Source of the DNA: Ignavibacteriota bacterium
GTDB taxonomy: Bacteria > Bacteroidota > Ignavibacteria > UBA10030 > UBA6906
Assembly: GCA_016707525.1 (NCBI GenBank)
Contig: JADJHP010000001.1
Location: forward strand, 702,103-766,102
Direction: 5' to 3'
DNA length: 64,000 bases
Positions 49,464-64,000 of this stretch are shown one piece after another. Positions within the stretch are counted from its first letter, which is position 1, and every line of letters begins with the position of its first letter. The position numbers were made by a program, and so were the translations under genes. Under the pieces are notes generated by a model. That model searched no databases. It had not been told where the DNA came from and saw only the letters and a list, made by a program, of their open reading frames with translations.

Positions 49464-52229
49464 TCACCTGCCGGCGGGAGCCGGGGCACCCCCTCCCGCC
49501 GCGCGCTTCCGTATCACCTTCACGGTCTCCCCCACGATCAACACCAGCAGCGACGCTGCAAGGATGTATCCCACATGCGCCGGCTTCAGCGCCGTGGTCA
49601 TGAACACCGCGTCCAGGCCGGGCACATAGACCGTCAGCCCGGTGAGCACGACCGTGATCGCCATGCTGGCATACAACACCGGATTCGGATGCCGCGAGGC
49701 CCGGCCGCGGACCACCGAGTCGGTCAGCGAACGGCAGTTCAGGCCGTTCACGAGCCGTGACGCGATGAGCGCCCAGTAGAACAGGGTCATGGCGTAGATC
49801 TCGGACATCTGCATATCGAGCGCGAGTGTGTACACCCCGAGCGGCACGAGACCGATCACCAGGCCGATCACCCCGATCATCGTGAGCGCGTTCGTGTCGA
49901 GCATCCCTTCCGACCGGCGGCGCGGCGTATGACGCATGATGCCGCTTTCCGGCGGTTCGACGCCCAGGGCGATCGCGATCAGGCCGTCCATGATGAAGTT
50001 GATGAACAGCACCTGCACGGCGGCAAGCGGCAGCGGCATGCCGGCGAGCAACGCGATGACGAGCGCGAGGACCGTGCCAAGGTTCCCGCTGAGAAGGAAG
50101 ACGAGATATTTCCGGATGTTCTGAAAGATGCTGCGCCCTTCGCGGACGGCTTCCACGATCGTCGCGAAATTGTCGTCCGTGAGGATCATGTCGGACGCTT
50201 CTTTGCTCACGTCGGTACCGGTGATCCCCATGGCCACCCCGATATCCGCACGCTTGAGCGACGGCGCATCATTCACGCCGTCGCCCGTCATCGCCACTAC
50301 TTCTCCGTGGCTCAGGAATGCGTTCACGATCCGGAGTTTGTGCTCCGGCGAGATGCGCGCAAAGATGTCCGTCGTCTTCACCGCCACGGCGAGCTCATCG
50401 TCCGACATCCGGTCGAGGTCCGCTCCGGCAAGCGCACCCGCCCCATCACGGAGGATCCCGAGTTCCCTGCCGACCGCCAGCGCCGTCACGAGATGGTCGC
50501 CGGTGATCATCACCGGACGGATGCCGGCCTGCCTGCACGTACGGATGGCGTCGAACACTTCAGGACGCGGCGGGTCCTGGATCCCGACAAGGCCTGCAAA
50601 GATGAGCCCCCGTTCCGCCCCGGAGAGGTCCTCCCGTGGGCCGGTCCGCTTGTATCCGAGTGCCAGCACGCGGAGCGCATCCTGTGCCATCTCCTTCGCC
50701 TGTTGCAGGAGAAGAGTGATGCGTGCTTCGTTCAACGCCACATCCCCCGCAGCGGTGTGTTCATGGGTGCAGAGAGCGAGGACGACCTCCGGTGCACCCT
50801 TGGTGCACACCAGCGCGCCGTTCCCATCGTTGTGGACCGTGGTCATGCATTTCCGTTCCGATGTGAACGGGATCTCGTCGATGCGTTGATACTCCTGCGT
50901 CAGCACCCCGTGATCGAGCCCGGCCTTCGCCGCGGCGACCACGAGCGCACCCTCGGTAGGATCCCCGATGATCACCCAATGACCCGGCGCCGGTTCCTGC
51001 AACAGCGCATCATTGCACAACAACCCGGTCACCAGGATTTGCCTGATCACCGGGTCCGGAAGCGGGGGGATCGCCTTGCCCCCCTTCAGGAAGGATCCAC
51101 GTGGCTCGAACCCGGCACCGGTGATCCCGTATGTCACACCTCCGCAGACGAGACGGCGAACGGTCATCTCGTTCTGGGTGAGCGTTCCGGTCTTGTCCGA
51201 ACAGATGATCGACGTCGCACCCAGCGTTTCCACCGCGGGCAATTTGCGGATGAGCGCATTCCGGGTCGCCATGCGCCTCACACCGAGCGCCAGCGTGATC
51301 GTGACGACGGCCGGCAGGGCCTCGGGGATCACGGCGACGGCGATCGCGACGCCCCAGATGAACATCTGCAGCACAGGATAGCCCTGTAATAATCCGAGCC
51401 CGCTCATGGCAACAGCAAGGATGAACGATGCGATCCCCAGCGTGCGCCCGAGCTTATCGAGCACGACCTGCAACGGCGTCCTGGTCTGCCCCGTCCCCTG
51501 CAGCAACGCGGCGATCTTTCCGAACTCCGTTGCGCCACCGGTACCAATGACAACCGCGGTCCCCCGCCCCTGCACCACGGAGGTCCCGCTGAACACCATG
51601 TTGGTGCGGTCGCCGAGGGGAAGGTTTTCACCGTCGAGAGGAAGGGTGGTCTTGCGCGTGGCGAGCGACTCGCCGGTGAGCGTGGATTCGTCCACCTCAA
51701 GGTGCGGTGCATCGATGATCCGGGAGTCCGCGGGAACAGCATCACCGGTCTTCAGCACGATGACGTCCCCCGGGACGACCTCGCGTGCGGGAACGAGCTG
51801 GTCTTTGCCATCGCGCCGGACGGTGGCATTCGGCGCGGCAAGACGCTGGAGGGCCTCGAGGGCGCGTTCCGCCTGATACTCCTGGATGAAGCCAACGATC
51901 CCGGCCAGGATGACGATGACCAGGATCGCGATCGCTTCAACCCACTCCCCCATGAACGCGGAGATCCCGGCGGCAGCGAAGAGCGTCAGGATAAGGATGC
52001 TGGCAAACTGCCGGAGGAAGAGGACGATGACGGATTCCTGTTGCGCCTTCGGCAACTCGTTCGCGCCTTGCGAGGACAGCCGCCGGGCAGCCTCGTCGGG
52101 GTGCAAGCCATCGGCCCCCGACTTCACGCGTCGCAGAACGTCGTCAACGGGGAAGGAATGCCACGGCTGTCCGTGTTTCTCCGATACTTCCCCCGCGGGA
52201 CGCCGTGCGACGTCTGCGGCTTCGGTCAT
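49464..52229 (-). CDS. Cation-transporting P-type ATPase (type II, Ca2+/Mg2+-type).
   Basis: Phosphorylation site [14 protein letters not shown]; TGES-region; hinge [10 protein letters not shown] and [20 protein letters not shown]; 10 TM. Confidence 0.85.
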   Translation of the reverse strand: MTEAADVARRPAGEVSEKHGQPWHSFPVDDVLRRVKSGADGLHPDEAARRLSSQGANELPKAQQESVIVLFLRQFASILILTLFAAAGISAFMGEWVEAIAILVIVILAGIVGFIQEYQAERALEALQRLAAPNATVRRDGKDQLVPAREVVPGDVIVLKTGDAVPADSRIIDAPHLEVDESTLTGESLATRKTTLPLDGENLPLGDRTNMVFSGTSVVQGRGTAVVIGTGGATEFGKIAALLQGTGQTRTPLQVVLDKLGRTLGIASFILAVAMSGLGLLQGYPVLQMFIWGVAIAVAVIPEALPAVVTITLALGVRRMATRNALIRKLPAVETLGATSIICSDKTGTLTQNEMTVRRLVCGGVTYGITGAGFEPRGSFLKGGKAIPPLPDPVIRQILVTGLLCNDALLQEPAPGHWVIIGDPTEGALVVAAAKAGLDHGVLTQEYQRIDEIPFTSERKCMTTVHNDGNGALVCTKGAPEVVLALCTHEHTAAGDVALNEARITLLLQQAKEMAQDALRVLALGYKRTGPREDLSGAERGLIFAGLVGIQDPPRPEVFDAIRTCRQAGIRPVMITGDHLVTALAVGRELGILRDGAGALAGADLDRMSDDELAVAVKTTDIFARISPEHKLRIVNAFLSHGEVVAMTGDGVNDAPSLKRADIGVAMGITGTDVSKEASDMILTDDNFATIVEAVREGRSIFQNIRKYLVFLLSGNLGTVLALVIALLAGMPLPLAAVQVLFINFIMDGLIAIALGVEPPESGIMRHTPRRRSEGMLDTNALTMIGVIGLVIGLVPLGVYTLALDMQMSEIYAMTLFYWALIASRLVNGLNCRSLTDSVVRGRASRHPNPVLYASMAITVVLTGLTVYVPGLDAVFMTTALKPAHVGYILAASLLVLIVGETVKVIRKRAAGGGAPAPAGR

Positions 52230-53110
52230 AGCGCGCGCCCGGAGGCCATCGCCTCAAGGCGTGCGATACGTTCTTCCATCGGCGGATGGGTGCTGAAGAG
52301 TTTCATGACGCCGCCGCCGCTGAGCGGGTTCACGATGAACATGTGCGCGGTGCTGGGCGACGCGTCCATCGGTATCTGATGTGCGCGCGCTTCAAGCTTG
52401 CGGAGCGCATTGGCGAGGCTCATGGGATTGCCGGCCATCTGCGCACCCCCTTCATCGGCCATGAACTCGCGGGAACGCGAGATCGCCATCTGGATCAGCA
52501 TCGCCGCGAACGGCGCCACGATCATCATGACGAGTCCCCCGATCGGGCTCCCGCCCTCACGGTCATCGGAGCTGCGGCCTCCGCCGAAGATCATCGCCCA
52601 TTGGGCCATGTTCGCGATCATACTGATCGCACCGGCCATCGTCGCCGCGATCGTCCCGATCAGGATATCGCGGTGCTTCACGTGGGCAAGCTCATGCGCG
52701 ATCACGCCACGCAGTTCATCGCGCGACAGCAAACGCATGATACCTTCGGTCACGGCAATGGCCGCATGATCCGGGTCGCGCCCTGTCGCAAAGGCATTCG
52801 GCTGGTCGCCGCGGATGAGATACACTTTCGGCATCGGCAACCCACCGTTGGCCGCAAGTTCCCGGGTGATCTGGAACAGTTCCGGCGCATCCGCCTGGGT
52901 GAGCTCCTGTCCGCCGTACATGCGCAGCACGATCTTATCGCTGAACCAGTACGACCCCACGTTCATCACCAACGCCATCACGAACGCGATCATCATCCCG
53001 CCTTTGCCGCCGATCAGGCTGCCGGCGAACACCAGCAGGACCGTCATGACCGCCATGAGAAAAACCGTTTTTGTAGTATTCATAGAGTTCTCCAGAGACG
53101 TCTTGTACAT
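52226..53110 (-). CDS. htpX: Zinc metalloprotease HtpX (M48).
   Basis: [10 protein letters not shown] HExxH motif inside a 4-TM M48 scaffold; N-terminal TM helices. Confidence 0.8.
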   Translation of the reverse strand: MYKTSLENSMNTTKTVFLMAVMTVLLVFAGSLIGGKGGMMIAFVMALVMNVGSYWFSDKIVLRMYGGQELTQADAPELFQITRELAANGGLPMPKVYLIRGDQPNAFATGRDPDHAAIAVTEGIMRLLSRDELRGVIAHELAHVKHRDILIGTIAATMAGAISMIANMAQWAMIFGGGRSSDDREGGSPIGGLVMMIVAPFAAMLIQMAISRSREFMADEGGAQMAGNPMSLANALRKLEARAHQIPMDASPSTAHMFIVNPLSGGGVMKLFSTHPPMEERIARLEAMASGRAL

Positions 53111-53363
53111 TCTACCCGCAGATCACGAGATTTTCGAAGACAAGGATACGGATCGGCTCCCACTTCCAACACCGGGGAACGGGCGGAAGTTCAACGGCAT
53201 AAGATACAACGAAGTATCAATGATGGCAAGGGTTTACAGCTCTGCGCAGGCCGCGGCCGTGGCCGCATCGCACTCTTGTCTCCGTACACCTTGATTCCCG
53301 CCGTAGTCCATGGTACATTGGAGAACTAACCGCTTGTCGTGCCGTTGTTGAGAGGATCTCCCG

Positions 53364-54146
53364 ATGCTTACCGTCATTCGTTCCGCGTGGGTGTGGTTCG
53401 CGGTCACGCTCCTTGTCATTGTCTGGCTGCCGTTGCTCGGACTCATCCGCCTGTTCGACAGGAACCCGGTGCGGTTCACGACCGGGCGCTGGTTCAGGAA
53501 TCTCGGCGTTGCGATGACGAAAGTGAATCCCCTGTGGAGCCTGCACGTGACCGGCTTCAGCGTGCCGCGGGAGCATACGCCCTTCGTGGTCGTCAGCAAC
53601 CACCAGTCGCTTGCGGACATTCCTCTCATCTCCCACATCCCGTGGGAAATGAAGTGGATCGGGAAGGCAGAGCTGTTCGCGATCCCGGTCATGGGATGGA
53701 TGATGAAGCTCGCGGGCGACATTAGCGTGGACCGCAAAGATGCGCGGAGCGGAGCGAGAACGATCATCCGTGCCTCACAGTATCTCGAGCAGAAATGTCC
53801 GGTGATGTTCTTCCCCGAAGGGACGCGTTCGCCGGACGGCCGGGTCGGCCGGTTCTCGGATGGCGCGTTCCATCTCGCCATTCGGACCCACACGCCGATC
53901 CTCCCCGTGGCGGTGGAAGGGTCCTCGGATGCGCTGCCGAAGCACAGCTGGCGATTCGGCAAACCGAGCGATATCCATGTCCACGTGCTGGACCCGGTGC
54001 CGACCGACGGCCTCACGCAGGCAGACCTCCCGGTATTGCGTGATCGGATCCGCCAGTCGATCATCCATGAGATCGCCCGCCGGCGGGGCGTCCCGGATGA
54101 TCAGGTGGACGCGCTCGCAGGCGCGCCGGCGACCGGGGCTTCCTAG
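53364..54146 (+). CDS. plsC: 1-acyl-sn-glycerol-3-phosphate acyltransferase (LPLAT/PlsC family).
   Basis: HX4D motif NHQSLAD and FPEGTRS block; N-terminal TM. Confidence 0.7.
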   Translation: MLTVIRSAWVWFAVTLLVIVWLPLLGLIRLFDRNPVRFTTGRWFRNLGVAMTKVNPLWSLHVTGFSVPREHTPFVVVSNHQSLADIPLISHIPWEMKWIGKAELFAIPVMGWMMKLAGDISVDRKDARSGARTIIRASQYLEQKCPVMFFPEGTRSPDGRVGRFSDGAFHLAIRTHTPILPVAVEGSSDALPKHSWRFGKPSDIHVHVLDPVPTDGLTQADLPVLRDRIRQSIIHEIARRRGVPDDQVDALAGAPATGAS

Positions 54147-54250
54147 GCGGTCGGCCCCGCTTCACGACGCCCCTCGCGCATCCGTACGATCCAAGAACAC
54201 GAAGGCCCGTCCCGCAACAGCGGAACGGGCCTTGTGGCATGCAGAGTGCC

Positions 54251-54871
54251 TCAGCGGATGCCGCGCAAGAGCGTGGCGATCTCCCCTTCGATGCTTTTTC
54301 CCCGGTCGCGGCCGTACCAGAGGTGAAGGCGTTCCAGCCGCTGTTCCTTGGGCACACCACCGGCAAGGGCTTCATCGATCACTGCTTGTGCGCCCACGGG
54401 GCGGGGCCCCCAGGTGCACAGCTCCTCCCCATCGGCATTCCACACAATGAACTTCGGGATGCATCGCTTGCCGCTGGTGAGATAACGGTCCATGATGTCC
54501 GGATTCTCATCACGCACCATCACACGGAACGTGATATCCGCACGCAGAGCGGCGATCCGCGCGAGATACGGAATGATCTGTGCGGAATCCCCGCACCAGA
54601 CCTCGGAGATGACACCCCAGAGTTGGCCACCGGAAAGTGCGTGGACCGTCGCGGTGATCTCTTCGCCGGGCGTATAGCTCCGCGCTATGCGGGACGCGCG
54701 TTGTAGATTGATCGTCGCATACGCCTTGTGCGCCTTGTCGTCCGCTGATGCGTCGGCCGGCAGGGGCGTCTCGTCGTACACGCGCAACCCTTCTTCGTAC
54801 TCTTGATAGGTCTGCGCTATACGGAACCGCGCGGCGACATCGGACACACCCTGACCGCGATCAGCCGACAT
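54251..54871 (-). CDS. Thioredoxin-fold protein (Thioredoxin_9-like).
   Basis: WCGDSAQIIPYL ... KRCIPKFIVW matches a thioredoxin-like fold. Start is uncertain (overlaps the trxA 3' end). Confidence 0.45.
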   Translation of the reverse strand: MSADRGQGVSDVAARFRIAQTYQEYEEGLRVYDETPLPADASADDKAHKAYATINLQRASRIARSYTPGEEITATVHALSGGQLWGVISEVWCGDSAQIIPYLARIAALRADITFRVMVRDENPDIMDRYLTSGKRCIPKFIVWNADGEELCTWGPRPVGAQAVIDEALAGGVPKEQRLERLHLWYGRDRGKSIEGEIATLLRGIR

Positions 54872-55149
54872 GCGGGGCCAGCTTGTCGACCAGACTCCGT
54901 TTCGGCACGGCACCGATGATCTGTTCCACCACCGTGCCGCCCTTGAACACCATGAGCGTCGGGATGCTGCGGATCGCGAACTTCATGGAGGTGTCCGGAT
55001 TGCCGTCCACGTCGAGTTTGACGACCTTGAGTTTACCGTTGTATTCCGCGGCGAGTTCTTCCACCACGGGTGCGATCGTCTTGCACGGGCCACACCACAC
55101 GGCCCAGAAATCGACCAGCACCGGGATCGGGGACTTCAACACTTCAGCT

Positions 55150-58680
<3,531 letters not shown>

Positions 58681-58838
58681 TGCGAACGGTTCTGTGATAG
58701 GACTTTGCTCATAGTATCAACGTCGTCAGGGAAAGTCAAGGAGCCCGGGCGGGAAGTTGTGAACAACTTTTGCAGATGATCTTCAACACACGAATGCCGG
58801 CAGAGCCGGCATGAGGCAGCGTGAGATAACGTGATGTT

Positions 58839-60259
58839 TCACCGGGGGTTGACAGCCAGGAGCTTACGCTCCGTCATCTCCTCCATTGCATAGCGCACGC
58901 CCTCCCTGCCGAACCCGGAACCTTTGACGCCCCCGTACGGCATATGATCCATCCGGTATGTCGGGACATCATTCACGATCACGCCGCCCACTTCCAGTTC
59001 TTCGAATGCGCGGAGCATGTGCCGGAGATCCGGAGTGAACACTCCTGCCTGCAATCCATACATCGAGTCATTGACCCCCGCCAAGGCCTCATCGAACTCC
59101 GCATACGATCCGACAGTAACGATCGGTGCGAACACTTCCTGAGAGCATACCTTCATGTCCGGGCGAACGTCCGCAAGGATGGTAGGCTCCAGGATGGCGC
59201 CGTGTCGCCGTCCGCCACATAACACTTTCGCACCTCCGGCTATGGCCTCTGTGAGCCATCCCTCCGCCTGTTCAGCAGCCTGCGCGGTGATCATCGGCCC
59301 CACCACGGTATTCACATCCCAGGGGTCGCCGGTTGCCAGGGCCTTCACCTGCGGGACGAGCAGCCCGAGGAATTCTTCTTCGTGCTCCCGGTGCACAAAC
59401 ACCCTCTGCACGGAGATGCAGGATTGGCCTGCATTCGCAAAACCGCCCGCAACCACCTTCCCGGCAGCGAACGCAAGGTCCGCCCCCCGATCAATGATCA
59501 CTCCGGCATTCCCGCCCAATTCCAGCGTCACCCGTTTCTTGCCTGCCCGGGACTTCATCGGCCAACCGATCGCAGGACTTCCCGTGAAGGTGATAAGGGC
59601 AACCCGTTCATCTTCAATGAGTTGACCAGCTTCATCTCCCGCGCAGGGTAGCACTGAAATCATCTCCACAGGAAGGCCACTCTCCAGAATGATCTCCGCA
59701 AAAGGAGTGCCGTCCCGGGCGCGTTCGATGATGGCTTCACCACCACAGGGTTCCCTGTGGCAAAGGCCGGGGCCGCCTTATGCGCCACGAGGTTCAGGGG
59801 GAAATTGAACGGCGTGATGGCTGCGATGGGGCCGATCGGGAAGCGCTTGACGAGGGCGAACCGCCCGGCGGACGCCGCATTCATGTCGAGCGGGAGCATT
59901 TCGCCGTAGATCCTCCCCGCCTCCTCCGCCGCCGTCCGGAATGTGAACTCACTCCTATCGACTTCCATCCTGGACAGCGTGATCGGCTTGCCGGTTTCCC
60001 GGGTGATCATCGCAGCGAGTGCCTCCTTCCGCGCCCCGATGCCCCGCGCGATGGCATAGAGCGCATCCACGCGCTGATGGCTGGCGAGGCTGCGCGACGT
60101 CCGGAATGCACGCACGGCACCGGCGAGGGCGTCGTCAATATCCCGCTTCCCCGCCTGACACACCTCTCCCGCCACCGATCCGTCGAAGGGGTTGAGCACC
60201 GGGCGCGTGTGCGCGGTGGTGCGCCATGCGCCACACACCAGGATCGGTCGGGCCCCCAT
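58839..60259 (-). CDS. Aldehyde dehydrogenase family protein, frameshifted near 59690..59710.
   Basis: N-terminal ORF (VLNPFDGSVAGEV...PVVVKPSSNAPGTALLL) and C-terminal ORF (EMISVLPCAGDEAG...ELGGNAG...GQSCISVQR catalytic Cys...) are contiguous ALDH sequence in different frames. Confidence 0.7.
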
Positions 60260-60262
60260 CGG

Positions 60263-61993
60263 TCACTTCTTTCCTGCGAGTTCCTGGAGGTGCGACATGA
60301 TGGTCGCACGCGGATGCAGCCACCGCTTGCCCGTCCGGCGCTCCTTCACCTCGATGTTGCCCGCAGAGAGGTTCTTGTCGCCCACGATCACCTGGTACGG
60401 CATCCCGAGCAGATCGGCGTCCTTGAACTTGAACCCCGGGCTCACCTCTTTCCGGTCATCGAAGAGCACTTCCATCCGCGCAGCGTTCATGTCCGTGTAC
60501 AACTCTTCCGCGGTCTGGACGACCGCAGCGCTCTTCGTGCCCACCGCGATGAGATGGAAGAGGAAGGGTGCGAGGACGGGATCCCACGTGATGCCATCGG
60601 CATCATGGTTCTGCTCGATGTGACAGGCGACGATGCGTTCCACGCCGATCCCGTAGCTGCCCATGATGATCGGTTTCTCTTTCCCCTGCTCATCCAGGAA
60701 CGTCGCGTGCATGGCATCCGCATACTTCGTCCCGAGCTTGAAGATGTGGCCGAGTTCGACGCCGGGGACGACGCGGAGAGCTCCCGAACCATTCGGGCTC
60801 GGCTCGCCCGCCTGCACGACGCGCAGGTCGTGATAGCCATCGATCGTGCAGTCGCGCTGGAGGTCGATGTTCTTGATGTGATAGTCGTTCTTGTTCGCGC
60901 CGCTGATCAGGTTGTTCGCCCCCTGGAGCCGCCTGTCCGCAATGATACGGAACTTCTTCGCGGCGGGTGTCCGCTCGCGCAATCCCACCGGGCCGATCGA
61001 TCCGCCGTCGGCGCCGGTCAACGCGAGCAGCTTCTCGGCTTCGATCGGACGCACATCCGTTCCGAGCACCCCGGAAAGCTTCGCCTCGTTCAGTTCGTCG
61101 TTGCCCAGCATCAGCACGAGTACCGGGGTCTCTTCCGACCAGTACACCACCGACTTTGCAAATCGGGATGCATCCACCTTCAGGAAGGCCACGAGCTCGT
61201 CGATGGTCTTCACGCCCGGTGTCAGGATCTCCTCCATGGGTGCACTGGCAGACTCGCGCGGTGCCGGCGGCACCAGCGAGGTCGCCACTTCCATGTTCGC
61301 CGCGTAGCTCAGGTCTTCCGACACCGCGATCACATCTTCGCCCGCGGCAGATTCCATCATGAACTCCTGCGATCCCGTTCCTCCCATCGCACCGCTGGAG
61401 GCACCCACGATGAAGAACTTCAGTCCGCACCGCGTAAAGATCTTCTTGTAGGCATCCGCGTGCAGGTCGTAGCTCTTGTCGAGCCCTTCCCACGTCGCAT
61501 CCAGGCTGTAGCTGTCCTTCATCAGGAACTGACGTCCGCGCAGCACCCCGGAGCGCGGGCGGGGCTCATTCCGGAACTTCGTCTGGATCTGATACCAGAT
61601 CTGCGGCATCTCCTTGTAGGAGGAGACGTTGTTCTTCGCGAGCCAGCAGATCACCTCTTCATGGGTTGGGGCGAGAACAAGCGGACGGTTCTTCACATGG
61701 AAGAGAATGTCGCCGAATGCCTTCACGCGGCCGGTGGATTCCCAGAGCTCGATGGGGCTCAGCGCCGGCAGATGCAATTCCTGCCCGCCGATGGCGTCCA
61801 TCTCCTCCCGGATCACCTCCATGGCCTTCTTCATCACCCGGTAGCCCAGGGGAAGGAACGAATAGATGCCTGCAGCCAGCGGGCGAACCATGCCCGCACG
61901 GATCATGAGCTGGTGGCTGGGAATGACCGCTTCCGCGGGGGTCTCTTTGACAGTGGGAATGAATCCGGAACTCAGGCGCATGAAGGTCTTCAC
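60263..61993 (-). CDS. proS: Proline--tRNA ligase (bacterial type with editing INS domain).
   Basis: 576 aa; class II motifs and ProRS-specific C-terminus. Confidence 0.9.
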   Translation of the reverse strand: MKTFMRLSSGFIPTVKETPAEAVIPSHQLMIRAGMVRPLAAGIYSFLPLGYRVMKKAMEVIREEMDAIGGQELHLPALSPIELWESTGRVKAFGDILFHVKNRPLVLAPTHEEVICWLAKNNVSSYKEMPQIWYQIQTKFRNEPRPRSGVLRGRQFLMKDSYSLDATWEGLDKSYDLHADAYKKIFTRCGLKFFIVGASSGAMGGTGSQEFMMESAAGEDVIAVSEDLSYAANMEVATSLVPPAPRESASAPMEEILTPGVKTIDELVAFLKVDASRFAKSVVYWSEETPVLVLMLGNDELNEAKLSGVLGTDVRPIEAEKLLALTGADGGSIGPVGLRERTPAAKKFRIIADRRLQGANNLISGANKNDYHIKNIDLQRDCTIDGYHDLRVVQAGEPSPNGSGALRVVPGVELGHIFKLGTKYADAMHATFLDEQGKEKPIIMGSYGIGVERIVACHIEQNHDADGITWDPVLAPFLFHLIAVGTKSAAVVQTAEELYTDMNAARMEVLFDDRKEVSPGFKFKDADLLGMPYQVIVGDKNLSAGNIEVKERRTGKRWLHPRATIMSHLQELAGKK

Positions 61994-62040
61994 AATGTGG
62001 AATGATGCTTAAGATAAAAAAATGCGGGGGGGGATGCAAC

Positions 62041-62505
62041 TCACGCTCCCGGAGTCACCCGCGCACGTTTCGCTGCGCCCCCGAAGTATCCCGCCGCTAC
62101 ATAGCCGAGAGGCATCAGGAATGCAACGATACCAGCGCCCGTCATCGCGGTGGAGATGAGGTCCCAGATCACGGGCACGACGGCAACGACGAGACCGGTG
62201 CGCACGGCATGCGCACCTGCGCCAGATGCACATACCCGGGCTCTCCAATAGACCAGAAGAGCGACGATGAGTGTGCCACCGAGCTGGACGAGCAGGCTGC
62301 CACGATACAACTCGCTGATGCGGTTCGAGATCACCCTGCTTATCTCCGCTTGCTCCACCCCCTGCGGCCCGAGGTCAAATCCGATCGAGATCGCGATCGT
62401 GAACGCGGGAATAAGAAAAATGATCCAACCCAGCAGCACGGCGACGAGCCCGTTCAGAAGCGCGCGCAGCGGGCGAAAGCGTTCGACCTGCGGTGCAGAT
62501 TCCAT
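62041..62505 (-). CDS. Hypothetical membrane protein (4 TM).
   Basis: Hydrophobic segments LVAVLLGWIIFLIPAFTIAISI, TLIVALLVYW, LVVAVVPVIWDLI, IVAFLMPLGYVAAGYF. Confidence 0.4.
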   Translation of the reverse strand: MESAPQVERFRPLRALLNGLVAVLLGWIIFLIPAFTIAISIGFDLGPQGVEQAEISRVISNRISELYRGSLLVQLGGTLIVALLVYWRARVCASGAGAHAVRTGLVVAVVPVIWDLISTAMTGAGIVAFLMPLGYVAAGYFGGAAKRARVTPGA

Positions 62506-62580
62506 AGAGTAACTCCTTTCGATTGAGAGCGGCTATCATCTGTATCCGGCCCGGCGCGCCGCCTCCGTGCCGGGAGCGGC

Positions 62581-63780
62581 TTACCGGCTGACCGGCGGCG
62601 TTGGCCGCCAGACCGTACCCATGATGGCGGGTTTCGTCCGCCCGGGATCCGGCGGATGCATCTCCTGCACCGTCCCCGCAACGACAGGCGGCTGGTAGTA
62701 CACCGTGAGGATGGAGCCATCGCGCAGTTCGACCGATGCGGGATATCCCAGGTCCCCGTTCGGCGCTTCATCCGACAGCACGGTCTCGTTCGCAGGGTCC
62801 CATGTGACCCCGTCGATGCTTACACAGGCCCGTTCGCCGAAGGGCATGCGACGGTACCCGTACGAGCAGACGACGCGGCCGTCTTCGAGGACCAGCAGAT
62901 GCGGCGGAAAGCCCCACAACCTGGTTGCAAACGGCCGTACCCACGTTACGCCGCCATCATCCGAGTAGGTTTCCCAGAGCACGCAGCGCGGATCCCTGTC
63001 GTTGTACGGAAGTGCCGTCGCACGGATCATCATGATGATCCTGCCCGTCGACAGCAACGCAAGGTGCGGCTCCCCGAATGCGATGCTGTCGGGTTGCGGG
63101 GAGCGGACGGTCGCGATCCGCACGTATCCTGTGTCGCCCGCCCCCGCGGCGTGGATCCCGATCATCGGTTGATCGTCACGATAACTCGCGATGAGCAGTG
63201 TCCCGTTCGGAAGCCGGATCCCTCCATGAACGGCATCCCTGCTCCGCACAGGATCGGACCAGTTCCGACCATTGTCGGTCGTCGTCCGCTGCCACGCGCC
63301 GTGCAACGTCGTGCAGACGCGGTACGAACCTGATCCAACACGGGCGATCCAACGATCGAGGACACCCTTCCGGTACGCACCCGGGGGCAATCCACGGTAG
63401 AACTCCGGCGTATGCCGGGTTGACCAGAGATGGGCGACCAACCCGCCGTCTGCGCCCGCCGTGAATCCCGACTCGCGTTCATCGATCGGCGTGTCCAGGA
63501 GGGTATCCGGCCCGGTCCATGTCCGGCCTTCATCGGCCGATCGGATGATGAGTATCCTGCCATCGGGTGCGAGGTGTTCCTCGGTGGCCGTGAACGCCAC
63601 CAGCAGGTCGCCGTTCGCCATGCGTGCGATCGAAGGCCATGCACAATAGACGCCCGGTTCCTGATAGAGGGTCGCGGTCCGCAGGACTGTTCCCGGTTGT
63701 GACCATCCGGGGAAGGCAGCGTATGCTGACAGAGCACCGAGCACCAGCCAGCCACGGGCGTTCATCCGCTTCCTGGTCAT
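62581..63780 (-). CDS. BNR/Asp-box repeat glycosyl hydrolase (sialidase/GH33-like), secreted.
   Basis: Signal peptide. Asp-box motifs SADEGRTW and SDDGGVTW. Beta-propeller-like composition. Confidence 0.55.
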   Translation of the reverse strand: MTRKRMNARGWLVLGALSAYAAFPGWSQPGTVLRTATLYQEPGVYCAWPSIARMANGDLLVAFTATEEHLAPDGRILIIRSADEGRTWTGPDTLLDTPIDERESGFTAGADGGLVAHLWSTRHTPEFYRGLPPGAYRKGVLDRWIARVGSGSYRVCTTLHGAWQRTTTDNGRNWSDPVRSRDAVHGGIRLPNGTLLIASYRDDQPMIGIHAAGAGDTGYVRIATVRSPQPDSIAFGEPHLALLSTGRIIMMIRATALPYNDRDPRCVLWETYSDDGGVTWVRPFATRLWGFPPHLLVLEDGRVVCSYGYRRMPFGERACVSIDGVTWDPANETVLSDEAPNGDLGYPASVELRDGSILTVYYQPPVVAGTVQEMHPPDPGRTKPAIMGTVWRPTPPVSR

Positions 63781-64000
63781 GCCGATCCTTCCTTCCGTAT
63801 GTGCAAGAGTGCCCGTTCCATTTCGGTTGTTGTGTGCCCGGTGAGCGGGTAGAAGAAGACCACCACCATCGCCGCGGCAGCAGCGATCGCCGGAAAGACA
63901 CTGATAAGGAGTCTGATCCCGTGAAGAGCCTCACAGGACTGCGCCACATTCGGGACGTAACCGAATGCCGTCAACAGCCACCCCGTCAGTGCCCCGGCGA
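63777..64000 (-). CDS. GPH/MFS-family sugar:cation symporter, C-terminal fragment (gene continues beyond the window).
   Basis: The ORF stays open to the right-hand window edge. C-terminal TM VFPAIAAAAAMVVVFFYPLTGHT is typical of MelB/GPH transporters. 4-bp overlap with the BNR hydrolase gene. Confidence 0.4.
   Translation of the reverse strand, partial: AGALTGWLLTAFGYVPNVAQSCEALHGIRLLISVFPAIAAAAAMVVVFFYPLTGHTTTEMERALLHIRKEGSA

Overview
This GC-rich (~65%), very gene-dense window is almost entirely bacterial core genome, with nearly all genes on the minus strand and frequent 4-bp start/stop overlaps. A T9SS-type C-terminal sorting domain, BamD, the Lol system, bshB1 and DUF3098 point to a high-GC member of the FCB/Bacteroidota-like superphylum; this is inference.

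Gene content, left to right:
- Glycan-degradation cluster: partial MFS transporter, GH38-like alpha-mannosidase, type-B carboxylesterase, GH43 with a ricin-type CBM13 domain, and a secreted hypothetical protein.
- tRNA-Lys(CTT) and secG, followed by an intrinsic terminator.
- ribE-ribD, a PhoR/PhoB-like two-component pair, a Gfo/Idh/MocA oxidoreductase, and dxs-xseB-xseA.
- bshB1 and a DUF2231 membrane protein on the plus strand.
- A complete ccmABCDEF (System I cytochrome c maturation) operon.
- A T9SS-tagged HExxH metalloprotease, an FG-GAP protein, an acyl-CoA thioesterase, bamD, capA and three small envelope genes.
- lolD plus two LolC/E-type permeases, prfB with its programmed +1 frameshift, and aspS.
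- A HEAT-repeat/cyclophilin fusion protein, glnA, a vWA lipoprotein, an aminotransferase, pckA, and a HerA-like DUF853 ATPase.
- yceI-marR, an NAD-dependent sugar epimerase, a Ca/Mg P-type ATPase, htpX, plsC, two thioredoxins, dnaE, an aldehyde dehydrogenase, proS, and a BNR/sialidase-like hydrolase next to a partial GPH transporter.

No CRISPR array, transposase, integrase or other mobile element was found.

The most unusual biology is the Ccm operon. Its CcmE carries Cys (CxxxY) in place of the heme-binding His, there is no ccmG/H nearby, and CcmF lacks about 85-90 aa spanning the WWD domain and the first transmembrane heme-b histidine.

The main caveat is sequence quality: at least six otherwise well-conserved genes (dxs, the FG-GAP protein, both lol permeases, pckA and the aldehyde dehydrogenase) are split by single-base frameshifts, which looks more like assembly error than biology.

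I cannot point to a clearly novel multi-gene system here beyond these items. The one place a lineage-specific element might sit is the 29276..30205 cluster, two uncharacterised small envelope ORFs (a secreted one coupled by an ATGA overlap to a C-terminally anchored one) beside a DUF3098 gene, upstream of capA-bamD.
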